Source of the DNA: Planctomycetota bacterium
Lineage (GTDB): Bacteria; Planctomycetota; UBA8108; UBA1146
Direction: 5' to 3'
DNA length: 64,000 bases
Assembly: GCA_016776905.1 (NCBI GenBank)
Contig: JADHSM010000001.1
Location: forward strand, 112,691 to 176,690
Shown: positions 49,659 to 59,861 of the stretch, one piece after another
Layout: every line of letters starts with the position of its first letter
Numbering within the stretch: position 1 is the first letter of the stretch
Notes under the pieces: generated by a model
Databases searched by the model: none
Told to the model about the DNA's origin: nothing
What the model saw: only the letters and a program-made list of their open reading frames with translations
Made by a program: the position numbers and the translations under genes

Positions 49659-49683
49659 TCATGGCCTTCCTGCTCCAGAGCAA

Positions 49684-50481
49684 TTGGAATCCCTCAAGCA
49701 TTGGTTACGGGAGCACTCCCCCGTGGCTGTTGCCCTCTCCGGTGGGGTTGATTCTGCTCTATTGGCATCTCTTGCATTTGAAGTTTTAGGGCAGGACGCT
49801 GTTTCTGTCACTGGTATTTCTCCCAGTCTTTCTTCCCAGGAACTGGAGGCCGCAAGAGAGTTATCCGCCAGTGTCGGGATTCGTCATCTCGAAGTTGAAA
49901 CTCTAGAATTGTCTCTTCCTGGGTATCAGGAGAATTCCGGTAACCGGTGTTATTTTTGTAAGTCAGAACTCTATGGGGTGATTCTTGATAGTCCTGAACT
50001 GAAAGAGTTCACCGTCATCGATGGAACACAGGCTTCCGATGACGTCACCGATCGACCGGGTGCTGCGGCGGCTCTCGAACGCGGAGTTCTCAGCCCCTTG
50101 AGAATGTTTGGTTTTCAAAAGACGCATATCAGAAGTCTCGCCAAACAGAGGGGGCTTTCGAGTCATGATCGTCCGGCTCGTCCCTGTCTTGCGAGTCGCA
50201 TTCCTGTCGGAACTCGAGTGAATGAAAAGCTTCTTCGGCGGATCGAAACTTTAGAGGCGGTGCTCTCAGGAGAAGGTTTTTCTGTTTATAGGGCTCGCTG
50301 TGAAGAAGATCGTCTGGTGGTGGAGATCGCTGCTGCGGAACTGACTGAGCGGAAGAACGAAGATTGGCGTGCACGACTGGATGCTGTTGCGCGCCGACTC
50401 GGGTTCTCGGAAAGATGGCTCGACCTTCGGGGTTACGGAGGCACTGGAGAGCCCATCCTCGAAGCGTTGGTCAGGGGATGA
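49684..50481 (+). CDS. larE: LarE-like ATP-dependent sulfur transferase (PP-loop)
   Basis: SGGVDS, RCYFCK, DRPG, SPL, PCLASRIP and LDLRGY motifs. Start is uncertain; first in-frame TTG after the hairpin was used. Confidence 0.85.
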   Translation: MESLKHWLREHSPVAVALSGGVDSALLASLAFEVLGQDAVSVTGISPSLSSQELEAARELSASVGIRHLEVETLELSLPGYQENSGNRCYFCKSELYGVILDSPELKEFTVIDGTQASDDVTDRPGAAAALERGVLSPLRMFGFQKTHIRSLAKQRGLSSHDRPARPCLASRIPVGTRVNEKLLRRIETLEAVLSGEGFSVYRARCEEDRLVVEIAAAELTERKNEDWRARLDAVARRLGFSERWLDLRGYGGTGEPILEALVRG

Positions 50482-50485
50482 ACTT

Positions 50486-51961
50486 TTGGCGGAACTGTTT
50501 CAATTTGTATTGATGCTTCTTCTCTGTCTGGCGGGTCTTCCCCGATTCATTCTTTGGATCGAATCCCATAGGCTTGGAGAAAGAGTCTTACGAGCTTCAG
50601 AAGATCCAGCCTCACAGGGGCTCCTTCAAGATGCTGTTCCCACGGTACTGATACAAATCCCTGTCTATAACGATGCCGAAGCTCTGCGGAGCCAACTTTC
50701 AAATCTCACTCAAATCGATTGGCCCAGGGCATCTCTCGAGATTCAGATTCTGGATGATTCGAATGATGGGTCTGGAGGTTTGATTCAGGGCTGGGTTTCT
50801 GAGTTGCGATCCGAAGGTGTTCCTGTGACTTGTTTGCAAAGAACTCATAGAAAAGGTTTCAAAGCGGGCGCTCTCGCTTCAGGGCTTCGCCAAAGTCATG
50901 CTCCATTCATAGCGATTTTTGATGCCGATTTTCAAATTCCAGCCGATTTTCTTCGACGTACTATTCCTGCTTTCGAGGACTCATCGACGGGGTTGGTTCA
51001 GTGTCGATGGGGCTTTTCCAATCGGGAAGAAAATATGTTAACTCGAGTTCAGGCTCGATTACTCGATGCCCACTTTCATATCGAACACAGGGCCAGAAGT
51101 CGTGCTGGACGCTTCTTTAATTTTAATGGTACTGCTGGGGTTTGGAGACGCGCCGCAATAACAGAGGCTGGTGGCTGGAGCGACGATACGGTTGTTGAGG
51201 ATACCGATTTATCCCTTCGGGCATGGAGGTGTGGTTGGAAATTTGTATATCGAGATGACGTAATTTGTGAGGGGCATTTACCCACGAATTTCCGCGCTTT
51301 CAGAACCCAGCAGAGAAGATGGACTGCAGGAGCAATGCAACTTTTTCAAAAAGAGAAGTCCAGAGCTCGCCATTCTTCTTTGTGGGTGGATTTGGATATC
51401 CAATCGAGGTTCCTCACTCCATTGGCTTGTTTTGCATTGGTATTGCTGACGATGTGTGCACCGCTGAGGAGGATCTATCCCGAACTCTTGGGATCCGATC
51501 CTCGCTGGTGGCCTTTGGTTTCTACTCCAATAGTTGAGATTCCGTTTCTGTTTTTCGCAGTGCTTTTTGTAGTGTTCTATTACGGATCTACGGGGGGGCG
51601 CTGGCAGCAACGTGTCGTGGAATCGTTTTTCATCCTGATACTGGGGACTGGGATGGCTTTCTATACGTGTGGGTCACTTCTGGAGGGATTACTCGGACGA
51701 GTTTCGACCTTTGAAAGAACCCCCAAATCAGCGGTTTCTTCAGGCGGTAGATCTCCAACGGGTTGGGAGTATCTTTATTTCCTAGTGACAACAGGGCTGT
51801 TTCTCAGTGCTCTCCAAGAAGGATTCATCTCTGTACTGCCTCTTTTGGGGATGACTATGGTGGGTTTGCTCTGGAGTTTTTTAAGCTTTAAATCGAAGAT
51901 CTCAGCCTCAACAACGGGGGAGAGAGGTCTTCCTCTTGCTGGAACCGACCTCATTTCGTAG
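50486..51961 (+). CDS. Processive GT2 glycosyltransferase (cellulose synthase-like)
   Basis: QIPVYN, LDDS, GFKAGAL, FDADF, FNGTAGVWR, VEDTDLS and QQRRW motifs; C-terminal TM segments. Confidence 0.9.
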   Translation: MAELFQFVLMLLLCLAGLPRFILWIESHRLGERVLRASEDPASQGLLQDAVPTVLIQIPVYNDAEALRSQLSNLTQIDWPRASLEIQILDDSNDGSGGLIQGWVSELRSEGVPVTCLQRTHRKGFKAGALASGLRQSHAPFIAIFDADFQIPADFLRRTIPAFEDSSTGLVQCRWGFSNREENMLTRVQARLLDAHFHIEHRARSRAGRFFNFNGTAGVWRRAAITEAGGWSDDTVVEDTDLSLRAWRCGWKFVYRDDVICEGHLPTNFRAFRTQQRRWTAGAMQLFQKEKSRARHSSLWVDLDIQSRFLTPLACFALVLLTMCAPLRRIYPELLGSDPRWWPLVSTPIVEIPFLFFAVLFVVFYYGSTGGRWQQRVVESFFILILGTGMAFYTCGSLLEGLLGRVSTFERTPKSAVSSGGRSPTGWEYLYFLVTTGLFLSALQEGFISVLPLLGMTMVGLLWSFLSFKSKISASTTGERGLPLAGTDLIS

Positions 51962-52012
51962 GTTAAACAGACCCGGCATGAAGTTCGGGCCTTCTCCTGA
52001 ACCGGAGGTTTC

Positions 52013-52711
52013 TTGATCGCCAAGATCGTCACTATCGATGGACCCGCAGGTTGTGGCAAAAGTACTGTATCCCGGAAAATCGCCGCCCGACTTGGAGGGC
52101 GAATGTTTTCGAGTGGTCGAATTTATCGAACCCTGACCTGGTTGGCTCTCGAAGATAAAATCGATCTTTCCTGCTTCGAGGACGTCGCACAATTACCGTT
52201 GGATCATGTCTTGTCGATCGTCGCGCCGGATGCGCAATTCAATGTTCTTGTCGATGGCAAGAATCCGGGAGACGTTTTAGATTCAACGAGAGTGACGAAA
52301 GAAATTCATTACATCTCGGGGAATGCCCAATTACGTCAACTCGTCTTGCCTCTTCAAAGAAGTATTCCTTCCGACCTTCCTGTTGTTGCTGAAGGACGAG
52401 ATATGGGAACAGTGGTCTTCCCTGATGCTCCAGTAAAGATATTTCTGACAGCGACATCTGAGCAGAGAGCGATTCGTCGGCATGAAGAATTAAAGAAGCG
52501 TCTCGGTGAAGAGGTGACCTTTGAAGAGGTACTGAGACAAGTGATTGAGAGAGATGATCGAGACAGTGAGAGAGACATCTCCCCGATGCGACCCGCTGAG
52601 GGTTCCTGCACAATTGATTCCACTGAATGCACCATCGAAATGGTGGTGGATTCCATTCTTGAGAGGATTCCTCCAGAGTGGATCCCGGAGACAAACCCAT
52701 CTACCGACTGA
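52013..52711 (+). CDS. cmk: Cytidylate kinase
   Basis: IDGPAGCGKST, EGRDMGTVVFPDA, RDDRD..R..SP. Confidence 0.95.
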   Translation: MIAKIVTIDGPAGCGKSTVSRKIAARLGGRMFSSGRIYRTLTWLALEDKIDLSCFEDVAQLPLDHVLSIVAPDAQFNVLVDGKNPGDVLDSTRVTKEIHYISGNAQLRQLVLPLQRSIPSDLPVVAEGRDMGTVVFPDAPVKIFLTATSEQRAIRRHEELKKRLGEEVTFEEVLRQVIERDDRDSERDISPMRPAEGSCTIDSTECTIEMVVDSILERIPPEWIPETNPSTD

Positions 52712-53304
52712 TACGCGGCACAGCGTGGTTCTTTTGCAAGATCCTGTTTCGCCATCGAGTTCGTGGACATGAAAATATTCCCAAAGAAGGCCCCTTTTTG
52801 TTGGCGGTCAATCATTCCAGCAATCTGGATCCGATCCTTGCCGGGACTTCTGTCAAAAGGCCTCTGGCATATATGGCCAGAAGTACACTTTTCAGTCCTG
52901 CTCCCATGGGCTGGATTCTGAGAAATGTGAACGCTCTTCCCCTTGAAAGAGAAGGGCTCGGTATCGCCGGATTCCGAGCGATCCTGGACCATTTAGAGGC
53001 GGGCGGGGGGGCATTGATCTTCCCGGAGGGAACGCGGAGTGCCGATGGAAGACTGAAGCGCTTCAAAGGCGGAATCGTCCGTTTGGCGAATCTTGCGCAG
53101 GTTCCAGTGGTTCCAGCGTACATTTCCGGTGCTGCTCGGGCCATGAGGCGGGGGAATCGGCTTCCTAGGCCCCTGAATACCGAAATCACATTCGGAGAAT
53201 GCATCGACAAGGAGGTCTTCTCAGAGGAAGATAACGGGTTGGAAGTGCTGCGGAAGGCCATCGAGGACCTTGTTCAGGATGATCACCGCTTACCTCCAAT
53301 TTAG
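52678..53304 (+). CDS. plsC: 1-acyl-sn-glycerol-3-phosphate acyltransferase
   Basis: NHSSNLDP and IFPEGTRS motifs; cmk-plsC-rpsA synteny. Confidence 0.88.
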   Translation: MDPGDKPIYRLIRGTAWFFCKILFRHRVRGHENIPKEGPFLLAVNHSSNLDPILAGTSVKRPLAYMARSTLFSPAPMGWILRNVNALPLEREGLGIAGFRAILDHLEAGGGALIFPEGTRSADGRLKRFKGGIVRLANLAQVPVVPAYISGAARAMRRGNRLPRPLNTEITFGECIDKEVFSEEDNGLEVLRKAIEDLVQDDHRLPPI

Positions 53305-53429
53305 TCTGTATCGATCACGAAGGTCGTGGTCTCAGACAACAAACCAGGATACGCCAGCCTGTAGTTTAGGGATCCGAAGGTCGGATCCTCTCAGGGGCGG
53401 TCCGTGACCCACTGAAGGGGCCTTTTTCC

Positions 53430-55334
53430 ATGGCCAAACCAGAACTGCTCAAGCAGTTTGATCTCCGGGGCGAATCCCTGGATGACAAAGTCAACGATTA
53501 CCTGCAGGGCGATTCCATCGATAGGGTGGATGAGATTCTCAGGGATTCTGTGATCGATTTCGAAGAAGAAAAGATTATTCAGGGCAAGGTTGTCAGCACT
53601 TCCGATGACTGGGTCATCGTGGATGTCGGATACAAAGCCGAGGGTGAAGTTCCGAGAAGCCATTTCGAGGGTGCCGAGATCATTGTCGGTGACACTGTCG
53701 ATGTGCTGATCGAGGAAGTCGATGAAGAAGACGGCCGGATTATGCTTTCGAAGCGTAAGGCTGATCGTATCAAAGGCTGGGAAAAAGTTGTTGAGACTCA
53801 CAACGAAGGTGACGTGGTCACCGGACGTGTTCTCCGCAAAATCAAAGGCGGACTGCTCATCGATATCGGTGTTCCCGTATTCCTGCCAGCCTCTCAAATC
53901 GCGATCCGCAGGGTCGGCGATGTTTCCGAATTTGTGGGCAAGGATCTTGAGTGCAAGATCATTAAGATCGACGAGCCACGAATGAATATCGTGGTCAGCC
54001 GTCGCAAGCTTCTTGAAGAGCGTCGCGATGAGTTGAAGTCCAACCTGATGACCGAAATCGAGTTGGATCAGGTCCGCAAAGGTACCGTCAAGAACATCAC
54101 CGATTTCGGCGCATTCGTCGACCTTGGTGGAATCGACGGTCTACTGCACATCACAGACATGTCCTGGGGTCGTATCAATCACCCCAATGAAATCTTGACC
54201 GTTGAGCAAGAAATCGACGTCAAGGTGCTCAAGATCGACAAGGACCGTGAGCGGATTTCCTTGGGTCTCAAGCAAACTCAACCGAGTCCGTGGGATGACA
54301 TTGAAGAGCGCTTCCCCATCGGTTCGAAGATTTCTGGAAAAGTTGTCAATGTGCTCTCCTACGGAGCCTTCATTGAACTTGAAGAGGGGATCGAGGGTCT
54401 TGTCCACGTGTCAGAGATGTCCTGGACGAGAAGAATCTCTAACCCCCGCGAAGTGGTTGAAGAAAACCAAGAAGTCGACGTTGTCGTTCTTGAAATCAAG
54501 AAAGACAAACAGGAGATCAGCCTCGGCATGAAGCAGGTTGAGGTCAATCCATGGGAAGTCGTCGCGCAGAAGTACCCTGTCGGTCACTACATCAGCGGCA
54601 AGGTGCGTAACCTGACGAACTATGGAGCCTTCGTTGAGCTTGAGGATGGAATCGATGGTCTTTTGCATGTCAGCGACATGTCTTGGACTCGCAAGATTAT
54701 CCACCCCTCCGAGAAGTTGGACAAAGGACAAGAAGTCCATGCCGTCGTGCTCGAGGTCGATCAGGAGCGCAAGCGCATTGCTCTCGGTCTCAAGCAGATG
54801 GAAGAAGACCCCTGGGTACGCGAGATTCCCGATACCTATGCCATTGGAACCGTTGTTCGCGGAACCGTTACGAAGACCACCAACTTTGGTGCATTCGTTC
54901 AGATGGAAGAGGACCTCGAAGGATTGCTCCACATCTCGGAACTGTCTGGCGACAAAGTCGACAGCCCAGAGCAGGTGGTCACCATTGGTGAAACCGTCGA
55001 CGTGAAAGTGATTCGAGTCGATGATGAGAGCCGTAAGATCGGTTTGAGTCTGAAAGAAGTGACAGAAGAGGAGAGTGCCCAGTTGGCCGCCCTTTATGAG
55101 CAGGCTGCAGAAGGTGAATTTCCGACGACCGTTGGATCTGTTCCGGAGAATCTTCCCGACGAAGTGCCGGATATCGAAGATCCTGAGGATGTCGTTCCTG
55201 TTCCTGAGGCTGGAGACATTGAAGAGAATGCCAGTATTGAAGAGCCGACAGCTGATGCACCCACTGAAGAGGCTTCCTCTGAAGAGGTTGCAGGAGAAAC
55301 GAGTGACGATGATGAGACCGAGAATCGGGAATAA
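53430..55334 (+). CDS. rpsA: 30S ribosomal protein bS1
   Basis: Six S1 repeats (FGAFV..DGLLH) and an acidic C-terminal tail. Confidence 0.98.
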   Translation: MAKPELLKQFDLRGESLDDKVNDYLQGDSIDRVDEILRDSVIDFEEEKIIQGKVVSTSDDWVIVDVGYKAEGEVPRSHFEGAEIIVGDTVDVLIEEVDEEDGRIMLSKRKADRIKGWEKVVETHNEGDVVTGRVLRKIKGGLLIDIGVPVFLPASQIAIRRVGDVSEFVGKDLECKIIKIDEPRMNIVVSRRKLLEERRDELKSNLMTEIELDQVRKGTVKNITDFGAFVDLGGIDGLLHITDMSWGRINHPNEILTVEQEIDVKVLKIDKDRERISLGLKQTQPSPWDDIEERFPIGSKISGKVVNVLSYGAFIELEEGIEGLVHVSEMSWTRRISNPREVVEENQEVDVVVLEIKKDKQEISLGMKQVEVNPWEVVAQKYPVGHYISGKVRNLTNYGAFVELEDGIDGLLHVSDMSWTRKIIHPSEKLDKGQEVHAVVLEVDQERKRIALGLKQMEEDPWVREIPDTYAIGTVVRGTVTKTTNFGAFVQMEEDLEGLLHISELSGDKVDSPEQVVTIGETVDVKVIRVDDESRKIGLSLKEVTEEESAQLAALYEQAAEGEFPTTVGSVPENLPDEVPDIEDPEDVVPVPEAGDIEENASIEEPTADAPTEEASSEEVAGETSDDDETENRE

Positions 55335-55367
55335 TCCTGTTCCGGTATTCCGGATTGGTACGAGTTG

Positions 55368-55399
55368 CGAGGAGGATCGGGATGACCCGGTCCTCCTCG
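55368..55399 (+). terminator. 14-bp hairpin after rpsA, without a U-tract
   Basis: CGAGGAGGATCGGG atga CCCGGTCCTCCTCG. Confidence 0.6.
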
Positions 55400-56502
55400 T
55401 GATCATCCCGATTCTATGGCTCTCATTGCTGGTATTTTTTGCTCACCCAGTTCTGGCGACCGAGCTGGGGTCGGATCCACAAATCTCAAATGGGGAATCC
55501 GGATCTTCTTCCTCGAAGATCGATGACAAAGAGGTGGTTCAAACCTTTTTAGAGGGCCGCTACAAGCAAGCCCTCGAAGCCTACAAAGCCGGAAATTTTG
55601 AAAAGGCCTGGAAAATGTCCGAGGCCATTCTCATTCTTGCTCCGGATAACTTGTTCATTTTTGATCGTGTGAATGCTCTTCGTAGAAGAGCTCAGGGACG
55701 GCATCTCAGTCAGAGTTCCGTCGCAGTTCGTTTTTCTGTCGAAGAAGACGAAGACGATATTGAAGGTGGGAATTCCAGTCGGGATGACAGTCTCGATGAG
55801 AAAAAGTCTCCCTTTCCCAAACCATTCCTGACAGGAGTGGTTCTTCTCGAGAATCTTTCCGACGAAGCGATTCAGTTTGGCGATGGTCGAGCTGAGGAAG
55901 ATATTCTGGGCCAGGTGGTCTGGAGAGTCCGAGAAGTGTACCTAGACGGTACCGAGAGGGTGTGGTCCGACACTCGAGTCTTGAGAATCGAAGGAGGCTT
56001 CAGGGTAGATCCTGGAGCGAGCAGGGGGATCCCTGTGCAACTTCCGATTCCGGTGTCCAGATATCGGCCTTTGATTCAGGAGTGGATCGTTGCCGGAAAT
56101 ACTCGCCCCTTGAAGTTGAAAACTCCAGAGGGTGAAGTCACGAGAGGGCTTCCTTGGATTGAGGAGAGAGGTCGGTTTCTCGACCCAGATATGAATGAAC
56201 TCTCTACAAATCCACGGGAAGGGATGCGCCTGGCGCTGGTCAAGGGCGATGTCCCTGGGTTGGTCCTGGCTCGGCATCTCTGGCTGGATCGAAGACATGA
56301 GCGAAAAGCTTCTCCTGATCTTACCGATCCTCTCATCGAAGAGGTGATTTCGTCGTTGGGGAGCCACGAGGGCAAAATGGATTATCTTCTCGTGGGTGTT
56401 CTCGAAGAAATCACGGGATTGATCATGGAGAGATCGGCCCGGATATGGAAGATATGGGGACTGTCTCGTCAGGTGCGACGAGATGGGGGAGATGGGAGAT
56501 AG
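55399..56502 (+). CDS. Hypothetical exported protein
   Basis: Signal-peptide-like VIIPILWLSLLVFFAHPVLA and a TPR-like helix pair. The start at GTG 55399 is inferred. Confidence 0.65.
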   Translation: MIIPILWLSLLVFFAHPVLATELGSDPQISNGESGSSSSKIDDKEVVQTFLEGRYKQALEAYKAGNFEKAWKMSEAILILAPDNLFIFDRVNALRRRAQGRHLSQSSVAVRFSVEEDEDDIEGGNSSRDDSLDEKKSPFPKPFLTGVVLLENLSDEAIQFGDGRAEEDILGQVVWRVREVYLDGTERVWSDTRVLRIEGGFRVDPGASRGIPVQLPIPVSRYRPLIQEWIVAGNTRPLKLKTPEGEVTRGLPWIEERGRFLDPDMNELSTNPREGMRLALVKGDVPGLVLARHLWLDRRHERKASPDLTDPLIEEVISSLGSHEGKMDYLLVGVLEEITGLIMERSARIWKIWGLSRQVRRDGGDGR

Positions 56503-56505
56503 GCT

Positions 56506-57714
56506 TTGGCTTTCGTTGAGGATGATGCATTCAAGGAAGTGACCCGCGGTGCTGTCACTGTCGACACTTTGGAAGAACTACAGAAAAAGTGGGCGATTTC
56601 CCAATCGAAATCAAAGCCACTCCGAGTGAAGCTAGGTGTGGATCCTACAAACCCACAACTTCACATCGGTCATGCCGTTCCGCTGCGCAAGCTTCGCCAG
56701 TTCCAGGATGCTGGACATTTGGCGGTCCTCATCATCGGTGATTATACCGCTTGTGTCGGAGACCCTTCGGGCAGGGATAAGACCCGTCCGACTCTGACCC
56801 ATGATCAGGTTCGCGAGAACGCTGAAAGTTATCTAGAGCAAGCGTGGAAAATTCTCGATCAAGAGAAAACTGAACTCCGTTGGAACGGTGACTGGTTCCG
56901 AGAGATGTCATTTTTAGATGTGATCGCTCTCTGTGGCAGGACGACTGTGGCACGCCAATTAGAGCGCGACGATTTCCAAAAGAGATTCAGTGGCGGCCTT
57001 CCCATCAATCTACACGAGTTTATTTATCCCCTCATGCAGGCTTGGGATTCCGTTCAAGTTCAAGCCGATGTCGAATTGGGGGGGACCGATCAGACCTTTA
57101 ACCTATTGCTGGGAAGAGATCTGATGCGTCAAGAAGGATTAGATGCACAAGTCTGCATGACCTTGCCTCTACTTGTGGGAACAGATGGCAGCCGCAAGAT
57201 GTCAAAGACATACGGTAATTCGATCGGTATATCCGACTCTCCTGAGGATATCTTCGGTAAAACGATGTCTATTCCAGATGAGGCGATGAGGGATTACTTC
57301 ACATTGGGAACCGATCTCTCTTTGTCTGAAATAGAAGATCGCCTCGCCTCTTCTCCGAGAGAGTGCAAAGGGTTTTTGGCGAAGACTATGGTTCGTCTTT
57401 ATCACGGTGAAACAGCCGCGGAGGCTGCCGAACAGAACTTCGTCAATATATTCGCTAAGGGAGGACTTCCCGATGATATTGAAGAATTTTCAGTCGGCGG
57501 AGATCTCATCGAGGATGGCAAGGTCTGGATCGTAAAACTGGTGGTCGAAGCGGGAATGGCTCCTAGCAACAACGAAGCTCGCAGAAATGTTCAGGCGGGT
57601 GGAGTTCGTATCGACGATGTCAAAGTACCAGATGCGGATGACAAGATTGAGATCAAGGATGGAATGATCTTGAGAGTTGGAAAGCGCAAGTTCAGAAAGA
57701 TCCGTCTGGGTTAG
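56506..57714 (+). CDS. tyrS: Tyrosine--tRNA ligase
   Basis: G.DPT..LHIGH, GDPSG, YPLMQ..D, GGTDQ, KMSKT and a C-terminal S4 domain. Confidence 0.97.
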   Translation: MAFVEDDAFKEVTRGAVTVDTLEELQKKWAISQSKSKPLRVKLGVDPTNPQLHIGHAVPLRKLRQFQDAGHLAVLIIGDYTACVGDPSGRDKTRPTLTHDQVRENAESYLEQAWKILDQEKTELRWNGDWFREMSFLDVIALCGRTTVARQLERDDFQKRFSGGLPINLHEFIYPLMQAWDSVQVQADVELGGTDQTFNLLLGRDLMRQEGLDAQVCMTLPLLVGTDGSRKMSKTYGNSIGISDSPEDIFGKTMSIPDEAMRDYFTLGTDLSLSEIEDRLASSPRECKGFLAKTMVRLYHGETAAEAAEQNFVNIFAKGGLPDDIEEFSVGGDLIEDGKVWIVKLVVEAGMAPSNNEARRNVQAGGVRIDDVKVPDADDKIEIKDGMILRVGKRKFRKIRLG

Positions 57715-58340
57715 CCGAGCTCGTTGTGAAGTTGACCTCTCACCAAGGCATCCACGGCAGCAGGTAGGGCTTTCATCTCTGCATCAAAGACACGTGCTGC
57801 CAGTGCTCGAACGTCATCGTCGGGATGCACCGTTACTTTCTCTTGTAAGATGATCGGGCCACGGTCGTATTGGTCGTCGACAAAGTGGACTGTGCAGCCT
57901 GAGACAAGATCTCCCGCCTCCAATACCTTTTTATGGACTCTATCTCCGTAACAGCCTTTTCCTCCGTGTCGGGGGAGGAGAGAGGGATGGATATTGATGA
58001 CGCGGTGCTGCCAGTTTTTCGGAATAGCGAGTTTTCGAAGCCAGCCACCCAAGATGGCAAACTGGCAACCCGCTGCATCGAGAGAGTTGAAGATCTCCCT
58101 CGATTCCTCGACGGTGCTACAGGGGTGTACTTCCCAAGGGATTCCTGCTTCTTCAGCTCGCTCGAGGCCACCGATCCCAGCTTTACTGGCGATCACGAGG
58201 TCGATTTTGGCAGGTATATTTTGTTCTTCGATTTGAGCCCATAAATTGACGAGGGTTCTTCCCCCTCCTGAAAGAAGAAACCCGACGGATACCTTTTCGG
58301 TACCCGTCGGGTTTTCGGCTCGTTCAGAATCTGAATTCAT
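57711..58340 (-). CDS. purN: Phosphoribosylglycinamide formyltransferase
   Basis: LSGGGR.L, INIHPSLLP, SGCTVHFV, D.GPII.Q. Confidence 0.93.
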   Translation of the reverse strand: MNSDSERAENPTGTEKVSVGFLLSGGGRTLVNLWAQIEEQNIPAKIDLVIASKAGIGGLERAEEAGIPWEVHPCSTVEESREIFNSLDAAGCQFAILGGWLRKLAIPKNWQHRVINIHPSLLPRHGGKGCYGDRVHKKVLEAGDLVSGCTVHFVDDQYDRGPIILQEKVTVHPDDDVRALAARVFDAEMKALPAAVDALVRGQLHNELG

Positions 58341-58347
58341 CTTCGAT

Positions 58348-58932
58348 TTACAGGTCGTTGAGGCTGGTCAGGATTTGCCCGATCAAGCCGTACTCACATG
58401 CTTCCTCAGGAGACATCCAGTAGTCCTTGTTGGTGTCCTTCTCAACCTGTTCCACATCTCGTCCTGTTTCACTGGCAATCAACTCATTACATCTGCGGCG
58501 CAGTTTGAGAATCTCGTCTGCAGTGATTTCAATCTCGGATGCTTTACCACGAACTCCACTGGAGGGCTGGTGGATCATGATCCGTGAGTTCGGAAGCGAG
58601 AAGCGTCGCTCATTGGGAGTCGCCAATAGAATGACTGTACCTGCAGAGGCATTCAGTCCATTTGTGATGCAGAGTACTGGACTGCGAATGAACTTGATCG
58701 CGTCATAGATGGCGAATCCGTCATCCGCTGATCCCCCAGGGGTGTTGATGAAGAGACGAATCGGATCATCGTTCTGGGAATCGAGCCACAGCAATGCTGG
58801 AACGATTTTGCGAGTCAACTTCGGAGATACTTCCTCAGAGATGAAGAGCGTTCTTTGCTTCTCCATCAAATCCTTGAGGTAGTTGCCGGACGCTCCGCCT
58901 TTGTCCTCTTCCTTGTCAGAATTCTCGGACAT
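58348..58932 (-). CDS. clpP: ATP-dependent Clp protease proteolytic subunit
   Basis: FINTPGG, ASAG (Ser), IMIHQP (His), KDYWMSPEEA (Asp). Start trimmed to ATG 58932. Confidence 0.93.
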   Translation of the reverse strand: MSENSDKEEDKGGASGNYLKDLMEKQRTLFISEEVSPKLTRKIVPALLWLDSQNDDPIRLFINTPGGSADDGFAIYDAIKFIRSPVLCITNGLNASAGTVILLATPNERRFSLPNSRIMIHQPSSGVRGKASEIEITADEILKLRRRCNELIASETGRDVEQVEKDTNKDYWMSPEEACEYGLIGQILTSLNDL

Positions 58933-58961
58933 GTAGTTTGACGTGTAATCGATGGAATCAA

Positions 58962-59861
58962 TCATCCTTGGTGGCCCCTTTCTGGGCATTCGGTGGCATG
59001 AACTCCTTGTTGTAGAAACTGGACAACCAGTTTCGTGAGGTGGGGTTCGGCCCCTGCTGCTACTGACAAGATCTCTTCTACGGAAACTTTCTTCAAGTGA
59101 TCCGGGTCGCAAAGATCGGTGATCACCGATATTGCTGAGGCCCGAATGCCCTCATGTGCACAAATTATGACTTCTGGAACAGTCGACATTCCTACCACAT
59201 CAGCCCCTAAACCCCTCAGCATGCGATATTCCGCCCGAGTTTCGAGATTGGGGCCGGGGACGGCCACGTAGACTCCGCGGGATGCACGAATTGTAGATTT
59301 CTGAGCAATTTGTAAGAATCGATCCACGGAATCGAGGCAATATGGCTCACTCATGTCCGGAAATCGAGGGCCCCAGTCGTCATGATTCATGCCCGTCAGC
59401 GGGTTGGATCCCATCAAATGAATGTGGTCATCCAGTATCAGCAAATCACCTTTTTCCATTTCAGGTGAGAGCCCTCCGCAGCAATTGGAGATAATTGCCG
59501 ATTGAACCCCAAGCCGTGCAGCGACTCGCATCGGCATGACGACTTCCTCCATGGAGTAACCCTCGTAGAGATGGAATCGCCCTTGGAAAGTTAGGACGCG
59601 AGTATTTCCAATCGTTCCGAAGTGGAGTTTTCCTTCGTGGCCAGGGGCCGTGGATTGGGGGAATCCTGGAATCGATGCGTATGAAATACTCGTTCTATCT
59701 GAGATTTCTTCGACCAGTCCGCCCAGTCCAGTACCTAGAATGATCACCACTTCCGGAGGAGCTCCGGGGTTGGCGTCTACCAGTGCACTGGCAGCATCTT
59801 CGATGCGCTGGCGTTGTGCATGACCCTTTTCCTGGATCGTTGGCATGTCAAGTTTCTCCAT
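58962..59861 (-). CDS. Purine-nucleoside phosphorylase (trimeric PunA/XapA type)
   Basis: ILGTGLG, GH.G.L, QGRFHLYEG, GPRFPDMS, GP..ET.AE, VGMSTVPE. Confidence 0.94.
   Translation of the reverse strand: MEKLDMPTIQEKGHAQRQRIEDAASALVDANPGAPPEVVIILGTGLGGLVEEISDRTSISYASIPGFPQSTAPGHEGKLHFGTIGNTRVLTFQGRFHLYEGYSMEEVVMPMRVAARLGVQSAIISNCCGGLSPEMEKGDLLILDDHIHLMGSNPLTGMNHDDWGPRFPDMSEPYCLDSVDRFLQIAQKSTIRASRGVYVAVPGPNLETRAEYRMLRGLGADVVGMSTVPEVIICAHEGIRASAISVITDLCDPDHLKKVSVEEILSVAAGAEPHLTKLVVQFLQQGVHATECPERGHQG

Noticed and set aside
55075-55398. N-terminal extensions in the ORF track (also 279, 20435, 29291, 39243, 49477, 50369, 59112)
   Set aside because: Most overlap upstream genes and none shows family similarity. 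A downstream start with a better RBS or stop-start coupling exists in most cases.
54411-55406. 331-aa antisense ORF over rpsA, and similar long shadow ORFs (8065-8781, 52354-52992, 2207-3232)
   Set aside because: Antisense shadows of strongly conserved genes, with no motifs or RBS.
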